Assembly: GCA_944336625.1 (NCBI GenBank)
Contig: CALVLF010000101.1
Span: 1,029-65,028 of the forward strand
Source: an uncultured Clostridia bacterium
GTDB taxonomy: Bacteria > Bacillota > Clostridia > Christensenellales > CAG-138
Reading direction: 5' to 3'
Length of the DNA stretch: 64,000 bases
Part shown: one piece after another, positions 45,141 through 55,040 of the stretch
How positions within the stretch are numbered: the first letter of the stretch is position 1
Layout of the letters: each line of letters begins with the position of its first letter
Made by a program: the position numbers and the translations under genes
Notes under the pieces: generated by a model
Database searches by the model: none
The model's input: the letters and a program-made list of their open reading frames with translations, nothing else
Told to the model about the DNA's origin: nothing

Positions 45141-45710
45141 GTGCTGCGCGCAGGTTGATATTCGCGCGCAGACGCCTGCGGGAAACCTGCCGCAGTGCCC
45201 GCGTCCTTCCTTAAGAGCCGCCGGGGCCCTGGATTATGGGCCCCGGCTTTATCTTTCCTTGCGCAGGCGGAAGGGCTCCCTTTCCGACTGACTTTTCTTC
45301 CGCCGGGGGCCAGGATTATAGCCCCCGGCTTTCCCGGCGGCTGGAAGGGAAGTTGGCGAAGATACGGGAGGGGCGGCGGCGGGAGCGCGAAGCGCTCCTG
45401 GAGGGGCCCTTTGGGCCCCTCCCCTTCGCAAGGGGCCGGGATGCCAGCATCCCGGCCCCTTGCGAAGCGCCGCCGCCCCCCTGCGAGGCTTCTTCAAGGC
45501 CCCTTTTCAGCCCCGCCAAAGCCGGGCAAGCCGAACCTTGCCCGGCGGCATATACGGCCCCTTCCATCGGGATAAGGCCCCGCTTCCGCGAGGATGGAAA
45601 AAGCCGGGGGCCATGGCCAACGGCCCCCGGCGATTCTTAAGAAAGGGCGCGGGCACAAGCCACCGCTTCCCGCAAACGCTTGCGCGCGAATATCGCCGTG
45701 TGCGTAGCAC
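45141..45710. repeat. Modular multi-hairpin repeat locus R4 (inverted-arm composite around a type B cassette)
   Basis: The left arm (T+H, 45141-45250) and right arm (45598-45710) are about 75% identical inverted copies. Internal H at 45301-45332, cassette B at 45370-45481, and an inverted G hairpin near 45498-45530. Confidence 0.9.
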
Positions 45711-45804
45711 CCCTTTCTCCGCTAAAAGTCACCATCCGTGGGCTGAATTGTGACAATGTTGAAAAAGCGCTTGTTGGCACCTCTTTTTATGTTAAAATAA
45801 ACCC

Positions 45805-47718
45805 ATGAGTTTGCACGATATTTATCATGATTCCAGGCGGCTCCGGTATAGAACGCCCTTCGGTGCAGCCAAGCAGGGGGAGCCGGTGCGGCTGATGGCG
45901 GAATATCAGGGGCCGAACCGGCTTCTGTTGCGGCTCTGGGTGGAAGGCCGGGAAGCGCTTATGGAGGGCCGCAGGGAAGGCGGCTGCGTAGAATACACCT
46001 TCTCGCCGGAGAATACGGGGCTGATCTGGTATTATTTCATCGAGGAAGGACCGGGGGGCCAGCGGCGGTATTATGGGGCCGAGGGCAACCGGGGCGCCGG
46101 GCGGATCTACGATCAGCCGCCCCCCTCCTGGCAGCTGACGGTTTATGACCCGGCCTTTGAAACCCCTGCCTGGTTTCGGGAAGGGATCGCCTATCAGATT
46201 TTTCCGGACCGCTTTTACCGCAGCGGGCCCGTGGAAGGGGTACAGGCCCATGAAGCCCTGGGGCACCGGGTGGTGCTGCATACGGCTTGGGAAGAGCAGC
46301 CCGCCTATCTGCCCCAGCCGGGGGAAGCTTATTACGACCCCTGTGATTTTTACGGGGGAAACCTGCGGGGCATACAGGAAAAGCTCCCTTATTTGGCTTC
46401 CCTGGGGGTGCGTTGCCTCTACCTGAACCCCATCTTCCTCTCCCCCTCCAACCACCGGTATAATACGGCGGATTACCGCCGTATCGACCCCATGCTGGGT
46501 ACGGAGGAGGATCTTATAGCCCTGGTGCGGGAAGGGGAACGCTATGGCATCCGCATCATGCTGGATGGCGTCTTTTCCCATACGGGGGCGGACAGCGTCT
46601 ATTTCGACCAAAATGGCGTTTATGGCAACGGTGCATGCAGCAATCCCGCCTCCCCTTACCGGGCCTGGTATGAATTCAGCCACTATCCCGGGGAATATAA
46701 AAGCTGGTGGGGCTTCCGCTCCCTGCCGGAGGTAAAGGAGATGGAGCCCAGCTATATGGATTTCATCGCAGGCACCCTGGCCCGGTATCACAGCCTGGGG
46801 GTCAGCAGCTGGCGGCTGGATGTGGCAGATGAGCTGCCGGATGCTTTCATCGCCTTTCTTAGGGAAAAGCTAAAGGCCCTGGATAGCCAGGGGGTGCTCC
46901 TGGGGGAGGTATGGGACGATGCCTCCAATAAAGAGGGCTTTGGCGCCCGGCGCAAATATGTGGATGGGGCCGAGCTGGACAGCGCCATGGGCTATCCCTT
47001 CAAGGATGCGGTTCTGGCTTTCCTTCTGGGGCAAATCCCGGCGGAAGAGCTGCAGAGGCGGCTCATGACCCTTTGGGAAAACTATCCCCAGCCCTTTTAT
47101 GCTGCCCAGCTCAACATCCTAGGCAGCCATGATACCATCCGGGCCCAGACGGTGCTCTCCGGCGCCCCGGGCCGGGATGCCCTGCCCCGGGAGGAGCAGG
47201 CCAAATGGCAGCCCAGCCCGGAGAACAGGGCTCTGGGCCTGGCCCGGCTCCGCCTGGGCGCCCTGCTGCAATTCGGCCTGCCGGGGGTGCCCTGCATCTA
47301 TTATGGGGATGAGGCCGGGCTTACGGGTATGGCAGACCCCTTCTGCCGGGGGACCTACCCCTGGGGCAGGGAGGATGGGACGCTGCTGGCCTTTTATCGG
47401 GCCATCGCCGCCGCCCGGAAAGGCTGCGCTGCCCTGTATAGGGGGGGCTGCGCCATGGCGGCCCTTTCCCCGGATGTATTCGCCGCCCTGCGCTGCGAAT
47501 GGGAAAGCGGGGCCATCCTGCTGGTAAATCGGGGTAACCAGGCCTATCATGCTGTTCTGGGGCTGGATCGGTTCCAGGAAGGGCCGGATGTGGGCCGGAT
47601 GTGGATTTCCGGCCGGTACCGGGATGCGGCTACCGGGGCGGAGTATCAGGCGGAAAAAGGGACGCTTTCCTTGCGCCTTGGCCCCCTGCAGGGGCTGTTA
47701 CTGATCAGAATCGACTGA
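45805..47718 (+). CDS. GH13 alpha-glucosidase/neopullulanase-type glycoside hydrolase
   Basis: 637 aa. GH13 conserved regions YQIFPDRF, GGNLRGIQEKLPYLASLGVRCLYLNPIF, GIRIMLDGVFSH, SWRLDVADEL, GEVWDD and LGSHDT. Confidence 0.9.
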   Translation: MSLHDIYHDSRRLRYRTPFGAAKQGEPVRLMAEYQGPNRLLLRLWVEGREALMEGRREGGCVEYTFSPENTGLIWYYFIEEGPGGQRRYYGAEGNRGAGRIYDQPPPSWQLTVYDPAFETPAWFREGIAYQIFPDRFYRSGPVEGVQAHEALGHRVVLHTAWEEQPAYLPQPGEAYYDPCDFYGGNLRGIQEKLPYLASLGVRCLYLNPIFLSPSNHRYNTADYRRIDPMLGTEEDLIALVREGERYGIRIMLDGVFSHTGADSVYFDQNGVYGNGACSNPASPYRAWYEFSHYPGEYKSWWGFRSLPEVKEMEPSYMDFIAGTLARYHSLGVSSWRLDVADELPDAFIAFLREKLKALDSQGVLLGEVWDDASNKEGFGARRKYVDGAELDSAMGYPFKDAVLAFLLGQIPAEELQRRLMTLWENYPQPFYAAQLNILGSHDTIRAQTVLSGAPGRDALPREEQAKWQPSPENRALGLARLRLGALLQFGLPGVPCIYYGDEAGLTGMADPFCRGTYPWGREDGTLLAFYRAIAAARKGCAALYRGGCAMAALSPDVFAALRCEWESGAILLVNRGNQAYHAVLGLDRFQEGPDVGRMWISGRYRDAATGAEYQAEKGTLSLRLGPLQGLLLIRID

Positions 47719-47731
47719 AGTTGAGGTATCC

Positions 47732-48160
47732 ATGGGATTTTTCAATCGTTTATTCCAGGGCCGGTATGGCCCGGATAAATTCAGTCTGGCCCTGCTCTGG
47801 GCCGGCGTTATCCTGAGCCTGGTCAATGGCTTTTTCATGGGCATCCCGGTGGTTTATAGGATCCTCCGGGTGCTAGTACTGGCCCTGTATATCTTTGGCA
47901 TATTCCGGATGTTTTCCCGGAATTTTGCTGCCCGTCACCGGGAGCTGGCCTGGTATAACGGCCTGGTCGGCCAGATAAAGGGCCTGTGGCGTCGGGTTCG
48001 CTATGGCAGCCGGAATGTGGTAAACCTGAATGCGGAACGGAAAAAATACAAATACCTCATCTGCCCCCAGTGCCGGCAAAAGCTCCGGGTGCCCAAGGGC
48101 AAAGGCAACCTCAGGGTAACTTGCTCCAAATGCGGTTGCAAATTCAACGCGAAAAGTTAA
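47732..48160 (+). CDS. Membrane-anchored zinc-ribbon protein
   Basis: 142 aa with two N-terminal TM segments. C-terminal CPQC...CSKCGC zinc ribbon. RBS GAGG. Confidence 0.7.
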   Translation: MGFFNRLFQGRYGPDKFSLALLWAGVILSLVNGFFMGIPVVYRILRVLVLALYIFGIFRMFSRNFAARHRELAWYNGLVGQIKGLWRRVRYGSRNVVNLNAERKKYKYLICPQCRQKLRVPKGKGNLRVTCSKCGCKFNAKS

Positions 48161-48296
48161 GCGCCCCTTTCAGAGGCCGGCGCCAAAAAGAGAAAATACC
48201 GCCCCTTTTTCTCCAGCCTGTGTTATAATACTGTAGAGATTCGCATAAGCTAACTTTTGCGGACAGGATAAATCAACAAAAGGAGAGACTTTTTAC

Positions 48297-48500
48297 ATGA
48301 CCATCGATAAAACCATGAACATCGTAGAGCTCCTGGGCGTCAACGAAGGGATCGCGGACATCCTCATGGAGAGCGGCATGCATTGCCTGGGCTGCATCAT
48401 GGCCCACGGGGAAACTTTAGAGCAGGCCTGCGCCGTCCACGGCATCGATGCGGATGCCCTGGAAGCCAAGATCAACGATTACCTGGCTGCTCAGGCTTAA
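48297..48500 (+). CDS. DUF1858 domain protein (hybrid-cluster-protein-associated redox disulfide family)
   Basis: 67 aa. The MHCLGCxMAxxETLEQAC motif is typical of the family. RBS AAAGGAGAG. Confidence 0.8.
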   Translation: MTIDKTMNIVELLGVNEGIADILMESGMHCLGCIMAHGETLEQACAVHGIDADALEAKINDYLAAQA

Positions 48501-48545
48501 GCATGGCCCTAACACACCCAAAGCGGGCGCTCCCTGCCACCTTGT

Positions 48546-49255
48546 AGGTGCTAAGTGCAGGGCTGCTATAGCCGCGCACAAACATTTTTTAAACGATTGT
48601 TTGTGCCCGCGTCTTTTTCTTACCGCCGCCGGGGCCTAGGCCATGGCCCCCCGGGTGCTACGCGCACGGCAATATTCGCGCACGAACGTTGGCGGGAAGT
48701 GGCGGTTTGCGCCCGCATCCCTCAGTTACCGCCGCCCGGCCCCGTAGATTATGGGGCCGGGCTTTTTTCTGCCGAAAAAACCATCTGGGGTTTAGGAGCC
48801 GCAGCCCCATACCGCAAAAGGCCCAAAGCAAGGCGGAGCGTTGCGAAGGCGCCTGCAACTGAGCAGCGACGGCCTTTTACGGAGAGGAGGGCAGAGCCGA
48901 GCGCTGCCTGTGGCAGATGAAGCGAGGCGGAAGCCCAGTGAGCAAGGGAGTGCTAGGAAGGGCCCCCTGGCCCGACGCAGCACGACCATTGCGAACTGAG
49001 AGGTTACGCCGGATACTATGCACCGCCCCCAAACCTCACCGCAGCTAAGCGGACTTTGCGACGACGAGCCGCCGGGCAAGGTTCGGCTTGCCCGGCTTTG
49101 GCGGGGCTGAAAAGGGGCCTTGAAGAAGCCTCGCAGGGGGGCGGCGGGTGCGCACAGCGCACACAAAGGCAGGGCCGGGGCAGAGCCCGGCCCTGCCTTT
49201 GGTTTGGCGGCCCCAAGGGCCGCCAAACGCCGCCGCCCCCCTTCCGCCGCCCCCT
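48546..49255. repeat. Modular multi-hairpin repeat locus R5 (T-H-T-H-X-G-cassette A, forward orientation)
   Basis: H at 48625-48657 and 48731-48768. Blocks X and G at 48809-49105 (homologous to 6771-6981). Cassette A at 49136-49240. It lies between convergent gene ends. Confidence 0.9.
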
Positions 49256-49260
49256 GCAGG

Positions 49261-50265
49261 CTATCCTTCCGCTTCCCATTCCTCCAGGGGGGCAATGGTA
49301 ACGCCGGTATAATAGTGCTCCAGGATTTCCCGGAAATCCGCCCCTTCCAGGGCCATGGCCCGGGCGCCATACTGGCTCAGGCCCACCCCGTGGCCATAGC
49401 CCTGGGTGGTGATTTCCACCTGTTCCCCGGAAATGTCGATTTGAAAATTGGCGCTGCGCAGGTCCAGCAGCTTGCGCAGATCCCGGCCGGAAATGGTCAC
49501 GTTTCCCAGCTGAAGCTGGGCTACCTGGCCGCTCTCGTAGCGGGAAAGTACTTCTACCTGCTCCTCCAGCTTGCTTTGTGAAAGCTTTGCCTTGGCATAA
49601 GTTCCGTTGACAGCTTCCGTAAATTCCTCCCTGGAGAAAGTGCGGGTCTGCTGATAGTTGGCCGCATCCTCTTCGCCGGGGCTATCCACCCCCACGAGGT
49701 AGGGCAGGGCAGCGGAAAATACATTCTGCGCATCCTCGGTATGCCCCCCGGCGGCGCTGTGATACAGGGCCTCGATGGGTTCCCCGTCATAGAGGGCGAT
49801 GAGGCCATGGGTCCCGCTTACCGCCTCTAAGAGTTTGTCCTGATACGCTTCTGCGTTATCCCCCCAGGTATCTGCCAGTTCCGCCTCTGTGCGGTAGCTC
49901 TGGCAGCATGTGCTGTCCGTGCAGATATCCGCCCCGCCCCGGCCACAGGGGTTCCCGCCCAGGGCCTTCATGCGGCGGACGGTATAGGTGCGGGCGGCAA
50001 CGGCCTGGGCCTTGAGGGCCTCCAGGGGAAAGGAAGCGGGCATCTCCCCGCCGATCACACCATAAAGATAAGCGTCTAGATCCATCTCCACCGTGCGCGC
50101 CTCCTTATGCAGGTAAACGGTGAGGGAAGGCCCTTCCAGGTCCATTGCCTCTTCGGAAGCCCTGGAAAGGCGCCAGCCCCGCAGGGCCGCCACCAGCAGG
50201 CATAAAAGAAGGCATAATAGCAGCAGCGGGGCCAGGCGCCCCTGTTTTTTCCATCCATATCCCAT
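49261..50265 (-). CDS. spoIID: Stage II sporulation protein D (SpoIID/LytB domain lytic transglycosylase)
   Basis: N-terminal TM segment. SpoIID motifs LKAQAVAARTY, CTDSTCCQSY, HSAAGGHTE and GHGVGLSQYGA. The start is ambiguous between 50265 (AGGA RBS) and 50301. Confidence 0.85.
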   Translation of the reverse strand: MGYGWKKQGRLAPLLLLCLLLCLLVAALRGWRLSRASEEAMDLEGPSLTVYLHKEARTVEMDLDAYLYGVIGGEMPASFPLEALKAQAVAARTYTVRRMKALGGNPCGRGGADICTDSTCCQSYRTEAELADTWGDNAEAYQDKLLEAVSGTHGLIALYDGEPIEALYHSAAGGHTEDAQNVFSAALPYLVGVDSPGEEDAANYQQTRTFSREEFTEAVNGTYAKAKLSQSKLEEQVEVLSRYESGQVAQLQLGNVTISGRDLRKLLDLRSANFQIDISGEQVEITTQGYGHGVGLSQYGARAMALEGADFREILEHYYTGVTIAPLEEWEAEG

Positions 50266-50412
50266 AGGATATCCTATGATGTAAAGAGTTTTTAAATGCA
50301 TTGCGGTTGCGGCAGAATTGCTTTATACTGTAGGCATCGGGTTCTGCGCGGCAGCGGTTTTCCCGCTGCAGCCTTCGTGCAGGCAAAATCCTTGATTCGC
50401 GGAGGTGGGCAT

Positions 50413-51144
50413 ATGGCCCTGGATGGAGAAGCGCTGCGGGCAATTCTCAAGCAATATATCGGCTCGGCTTATGACCGGGCGCTGCGCAATACCGGTGGCG
50501 ATGCGGAGGCGGCCCGGGAGGCTACCCGGCGAGCTATGGAGCTTTTAAAGCGGGCCTGCCAGGAAGGGGTGGAACCCAATAAGGCCCTGGTCCTTCGCAT
50601 TACGGACGATTGCTGCAATGAAAATGCCTTCTTCAACCGGCAGATGGAGCAGGAACGCCGCCGGGCCCAAGAGGAAAAGCCCTGCCCGGCCCCTGTAGCA
50701 GCAACGCCTGCCCCCCCGGCAGCAGCAGCGGACTCCGTAGTTCCTGCCGCCGCATCCCTTCCTGTAAAGGAACAAAAGGCCCCAGCGGCGCCCCGCACTG
50801 CGCCAAAGGCGCCGGTAAGGCCCCAGGCGGCGCAGAAAGCTCCCGCCCAACTCCGGCGGGCAGCTGCGCCCGTTCCTCCGCCCTCCCTCTGGGATCCGGA
50901 TCCGGAGGAAGAGGAAGAAGAGGCGGAAGCGCAGGCCCCCGCTTCCTACCGGCGGAGCCGGAAAGAAGCGGAGCGGGTTTCCGCCGGCACGGTGCTGGTG
51001 GTCATGTTCTTCTCCCTGCTCATCATCGCCCTGGTGCTGGTATTCGTGCTGCTGCTGGCTTCCGGCTATCTTCCCCTGGAGGGGGAAGGGCCCCTGGCCC
51101 GCTTTACGGCCTGGTTCAACGCCCATGTATACCCGCTGTTCTAA
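50413..51144 (+). CDS. Hypothetical membrane-anchored protein (helical N-domain, P/A-rich linker, C-terminal TM)
   Basis: RBS GGAGGTG lies 5 nt before ATG 50413. Coding-like N-domain (MALDGEALRAILKQYIGSAYDRAL...) and a C-terminal TM segment VLVVMFFSLLIIALVLVFVLLLA. I recognise no family. Confidence 0.55.
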   Translation: MALDGEALRAILKQYIGSAYDRALRNTGGDAEAAREATRRAMELLKRACQEGVEPNKALVLRITDDCCNENAFFNRQMEQERRRAQEEKPCPAPVAATPAPPAAAADSVVPAAASLPVKEQKAPAAPRTAPKAPVRPQAAQKAPAQLRRAAAPVPPPSLWDPDPEEEEEEAEAQAPASYRRSRKEAERVSAGTVLVVMFFSLLIIALVLVFVLLLASGYLPLEGEGPLARFTAWFNAHVYPLF

Positions 51145-51207
51145 GGGCCTTTGCCCTTCTTCCCCATCTCCCTTCCCCATGGCTGTTTGAAAGGAGGATT
51201 TTTCCCT

Positions 51208-51729
51208 TTGACTGTATTGGAATACCTGCTGGGCTGGAATTTCCCGGCGATCCTTTGCCTGTTGCTGGGCCTGGGCTTATTGATCTATGAAATGTTCACC
51301 CCGGGCATGGGCGTTCCGGGGGCTCTGGGCCTGATATTCCTGGTAGCTGCGGTGGTTTTGCGGGCAGATTCCATCCAGACTGCCGCCATCACCGTGCTCC
51401 TGATTCTCATCCCCGTGATCATCGCTGCGGTAATCATTTTCCGCTCCTTTTCCAAAGGCGCCCTTTCCCGCTCCCCCCTGGTCCTTAAAGACCAGATCCA
51501 GGCCGAATCCACCGACCTGGGCGGCGCAGATATGCAGGCCCTCCTGGGCCGGGAAGGCGTTTGCCTCACGCCCCTTCGGCCCAGCGGCAACGCGGATTTT
51601 GATGGGGAAAAGCTGGATGTGGTCAGCGACGGGGAGTTCATCCCCAAGGGGGCCCGGGTCCGGATCGTCCGGATCCAGGGACTGCGGATCTTAGTAAAGG
51701 CCTGTGCCCATGAAAATGAAGTTTTGTAA
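51208..51729 (+). CDS. NfeD-family membrane protein
   Basis: TM segments are followed by a C-terminal OB-fold region (GREGVCLTPLRPSGNADFDGEKLDVVSDGEFIPKGARVRIVRIQG). It lies upstream of floA, as yqeZ does in Bacillus. TTG start with AAAGGAGGA RBS; the start is uncertain. Confidence 0.75.
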   Translation: MTVLEYLLGWNFPAILCLLLGLGLLIYEMFTPGMGVPGALGLIFLVAAVVLRADSIQTAAITVLLILIPVIIAAVIIFRSFSKGALSRSPLVLKDQIQAESTDLGGADMQALLGREGVCLTPLRPSGNADFDGEKLDVVSDGEFIPKGARVRIVRIQGLRILVKACAHENEVL

Positions 51730-51961
51730 GGTTTGCGGCACCATTTATGATCCCAGCGCAGGTCCCTGCCCCAAATGCACCGAGCGGGAGCTGATGGAAC
51801 AGGAGGCAGAGCGCCAGGCCTACGATGAAACCATGAACCCGGAAGCCCAGAAAAAGGCCCGGAAGCGGGACTGGATTCAGCTGGTTATCGGCGTGCCTGC
51901 CATGATCGGGCTGTTCTATCTGGTGTTTTATCTGGCAAAGCTTTTTATGGATAAAGCTTGA
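51710..51961 (+). CDS. Small zinc-ribbon membrane protein
   Basis: About 83 aa. CKVCG...CPKC zinc ribbon and a C-terminal TM segment (LVIGVPAMIGLFYLVFYLA). It overlaps the nfeD end. Confidence 0.55.
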   Translation: MKMKFCKVCGTIYDPSAGPCPKCTERELMEQEAERQAYDETMNPEAQKKARKRDWIQLVIGVPAMIGLFYLVFYLAKLFMDKA

Positions 51962-52015
51962 TGCATGCCCTTAAGGGTAAATAATTAGACAGCAAAAAAG
52001 GAGGAACCTTCGAAA

Positions 52016-52993
52016 ATGGAAGTCGTCTTGTCTATCGCCCTCATCATCGCCATCATCGTGGTGCTGGCCATTTTCTTCAGCTTCGTGCCCATTGGGCTGT
52101 GGATTTCCGCCACGGCGTCGGATGTAAAGGTGGGCCTTTTCCAGCTGATCGCCATGCGCATCCGCAAGGTTGTGCCCAGCCGCATCATCAACCCCCTCAT
52201 CAAGGCCACCAAAGCCGGCCTAGACATCAACCTCAATAAGCTGGAAGCCCATTACCTGGCTGGCGGTAATGTAGACCGGGTGGTCAACGCCCTGATTGCC
52301 GCCCAGCGGGCGGGCATTCCCCTGGATTTCGAGCGGGCCTGCGCCATTGACCTGGCGGGCCGGGATGTGCTCAATGCCGTGCAGATGAGCGTTAACCCTA
52401 AGGTCATCGAGACCCCCATCGTGGCCGCCATCGCTAAGGATGGCATCGAGCTAAGGGCCAAGGCCCGGGTCACTGTGCGGGCCAATATCGACCGGCTGGT
52501 GGGCGGTTCCGGCGAGGAGACCATCATCGCCCGAATCGGCGAGGGCATCGTCACCACCGTTGGTTCCTCCGTCAGCCATAAGGACGTGCTGGAAAATCCC
52601 GACCGCATCTCCCAGACGGTGCTCAATAAGGGCCTGGATGCAGGCACAGCCTTTGAAATCCTTTCCATCGATATCGCCGATGTGGACGTGGGCCGCAACG
52701 TAGGTGCCCAGCTCCAGATCGACCAGGCGGAAGCGGATAAGCGCATCGCCCAGGCCAAGGCAGAAGAGCGCCGGGCCATGGCCGTTGCCCAGGAGCAGGA
52801 AAACAAGGCGGAAGTCCAGGGCATGCGGGCCAGGGTTATCGAGGCGGAAGCCGAAGTTCCCCGGGCCATTGCCGCTGCCTTCCGGGATGGCAAGCTGGGT
52901 ATCATGGATTATTACAACATGCAGAACATTCTGGCGGATACCCGTATGCGGGAATCCATCGCCGGGGAAGCGCCGGAGGACCGCAAGCAATAG
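52016..52993 (+). CDS. floA: Flotillin-like protein FloA (UPF0365/YqfA)
   Basis: 325 aa. An N-terminal TM segment is followed by [28 protein letters not shown]...[23 protein letters not shown], the conserved FloA sequence. Strong RBS AAAAAAGGAGGA. Confidence 0.9.
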   Translation: MEVVLSIALIIAIIVVLAIFFSFVPIGLWISATASDVKVGLFQLIAMRIRKVVPSRIINPLIKATKAGLDINLNKLEAHYLAGGNVDRVVNALIAAQRAGIPLDFERACAIDLAGRDVLNAVQMSVNPKVIETPIVAAIAKDGIELRAKARVTVRANIDRLVGGSGEETIIARIGEGIVTTVGSSVSHKDVLENPDRISQTVLNKGLDAGTAFEILSIDIADVDVGRNVGAQLQIDQAEADKRIAQAKAEERRAMAVAQEQENKAEVQGMRARVIEAEAEVPRAIAAAFRDGKLGIMDYYNMQNILADTRMRESIAGEAPEDRKQ

Positions 52994-53024
52994 CCTGCCC
53001 CTCCCTGAAGCATAAGGAGTTGCT

Positions 53025-53765
53025 ATGGATGGATTGATCTTTATCGCTATCGTTGTTTGGGCGATATACTCCAGCGCCAAAAGGAAGGCCAAGAAAAAGC
53101 AGGCGGCAAACCGGCGGCCGGCTCAGCAGGCCCGGCCCGCCCAGCCTGCCCAGCCGGTCGAGGGGGAATCCTTTCCCCAGATGGCCTTTGATTTTTCCGG
53201 AGCAGAAGCGGCAGAGCCTGCTTCCCAGCCCCAGCCCAAGCCGGTAATGCCGGCCTGGGGCCCCTGGGATATGCCCGGCGCCGCCCGGGCTGCCCAGCAG
53301 GATGCGGCTCCCGCTCCTTTGGCCCAGCCCTCCGTTCCGGGGGAAGGCCAGGGCGCTGGGGGAAGCATGGGCCGCACCTTGCGGGAAGGGAGCGTCAGCC
53401 TGGAGAGCCAGCCCGTCCTTTCTGGCGAGGGGCGGGGGGCCTTCCGGGGGAGCCTGGAGGGTACCTCCAGCGAAGGGATGCGCTTGGAGGGCCTGTCACC
53501 TTCTATGGAAGGCGGCGCTCCCCATGTGGTAGCCCCCTTTACGGAAAGCCGCCACAGCCATACGGAAAACAGCATGACCGGCGGTGCACCCTGCCCGCCT
53601 AAGCGTCGGGCTGCCGTCCCGGCTGCCCCCCAGATGGAACCTTCCCTTCGCACGGCCTATGGCCTGTCCTTTGACCGGCAGAGCCTGGTGGCAGGCTTCC
53701 TCTATGGGGAAATTTTAAGCAGGCCCAAAGCCCTGCGTAACCGTACCTATGGTTACCGGCGCTGA
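53025..53765 (+). CDS. Hypothetical membrane-anchored P/A/Q-rich protein
   Basis: RBS AAGGAG. An N-terminal TM segment (LIFIAIVVWAIY) is followed by low-complexity sequence. It is the last gene of the nfeD-floA cluster. Confidence 0.55.
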   Translation: MDGLIFIAIVVWAIYSSAKRKAKKKQAANRRPAQQARPAQPAQPVEGESFPQMAFDFSGAEAAEPASQPQPKPVMPAWGPWDMPGAARAAQQDAAPAPLAQPSVPGEGQGAGGSMGRTLREGSVSLESQPVLSGEGRGAFRGSLEGTSSEGMRLEGLSPSMEGGAPHVVAPFTESRHSHTENSMTGGAPCPPKRRAAVPAAPQMEPSLRTAYGLSFDRQSLVAGFLYGEILSRPKALRNRTYGYRR

Positions 53766-53787
53766 AAAGGGCTAGCTCTATGTAACC

Positions 53788-53825
53788 AAAGGCCCATGGC
53801 AAAAAAGCCATGGGCCTTTTTATTT
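53788..53825. terminator. Bidirectional rho-independent terminator
   Basis: AAAGGCCCATGGC-aaaaaa-GCCATGGGCCTTTTTATTTTATT lies between convergent genes, with A/T tracts on both sides. Confidence 0.75.
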
Positions 53826-53917
53826 TATTAAAAACTGCTGGGCTACGGGGAGCTCCGAGAGCTTCCAGCCCCCCTTCCCCGGGAAACGGGGCCTGTCCGG
53901 CCGGGCCCGGCGCCCCT

Positions 53918-54760
53918 TCATTCCAGTTCCTGCAGATAAGTCAAAACCCCTTTTATCACGCCCTCTGCCAGCTTCCGCTGGTGGGCCGGCTGCTGGAGCA
54001 GGGCCTCGTCCTCGCTGTTGGAAAGAAAGCCGCATTCCACCAGTACGCTGGGGGCGGGGCTTTCCCGGATGATGAAATAATCCCCTGGGTTTGCCTTGCG
54101 CTGTGGGCTGCCAATGGCCTCGCAAACCGCCTCTATCACCATCTCCGCCAGTTTCTGCCCTTCTTCGCTGCCCTCCATATAAAAGGCCATAGGACCTTTT
54201 ACGGAGGGATCTGTAAATTTATTCATATGGATGCTGACCACAAGATCCACCTCCGGCTGGTTCATGATGGCCTTGCGGGCCTGCATATCCGCCTGCTTCC
54301 CCTCTGCCAGGGCCTCCTCTCCCTCCCGGGTGAGCCGCACTTCCACCCCCGCCTCCTCCAAGCCCGCCTGCACCAGCCTGGCCACGGTCAGGTTCAGCCC
54401 TGCCTCCACCACGCCGCTCTTGCTGCCTACGGCGCCTCCATCCGCCCCGCCATGGCCCGCATCCACCACCACGGTATGCTGGGGGGCCTGGAGGGCTGCC
54501 TCCGCCGGCGCAGAGGGTTCCGCCGCCTCTTCCGCCTTATCTCCCGCATACAGGGGAAGGGCTGCAAAGGCGCAAAACAGCACCAGAGCGGTGATGGTCA
54601 GGGTATCGAATACATGCCGCAGGGGCGTAGCAGGCAACTTTTTGGACGGACCGCCGGTTTTTTGCAAGAAGATCACCTCATAGTGACTATATTCGCTAAA
54701 ACCGCTGCTTATGCGTAAATTCCTCCCCACTTTCTTGGCATTTTTAGACCTTTTCTCCAT
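53918..54760 (-). CDS. cwlD: N-acetylmuramoyl-L-alanine amidase (Amidase_3; CwlD-like, germination-specific)
   Basis: A single N-terminal TM segment, then VVVDAGHGGADGGAVG...DLVVSIHMN...VLVECGFLSN (Amidase_3 zinc ligands). The size and architecture match CwlD. Confidence 0.8.
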   Translation of the reverse strand: MEKRSKNAKKVGRNLRISSGFSEYSHYEVIFLQKTGGPSKKLPATPLRHVFDTLTITALVLFCAFAALPLYAGDKAEEAAEPSAPAEAALQAPQHTVVVDAGHGGADGGAVGSKSGVVEAGLNLTVARLVQAGLEEAGVEVRLTREGEEALAEGKQADMQARKAIMNQPEVDLVVSIHMNKFTDPSVKGPMAFYMEGSEEGQKLAEMVIEAVCEAIGSPQRKANPGDYFIIRESPAPSVLVECGFLSNSEDEALLQQPAHQRKLAEGVIKGVLTYLQELE

Positions 54761-55040
54761 ATTTCCCCCCCTGCCTTCTGTATAGGCCGAGGAATTATGC
54801 AGCCCCCAAAAAGGGACATATCCACATTTCCAACATAGTTATCAACATGTGGAAAGGGCTAAATCCAGCCCTTATGCCATCTTTATCCCTTTTATCAACA
54901 GGCCTATGGATAAGCGCCTGTGGAGAATATGTGGACAGGTTTATGCATTTTGCATAGGCCCCCGCAGGGACTTTGCGCCCGGCCCGGAATATGATATAAT
55001 CACCTAAATCCACCCCCAATTGAAAGGAGCTGCAGGAATC

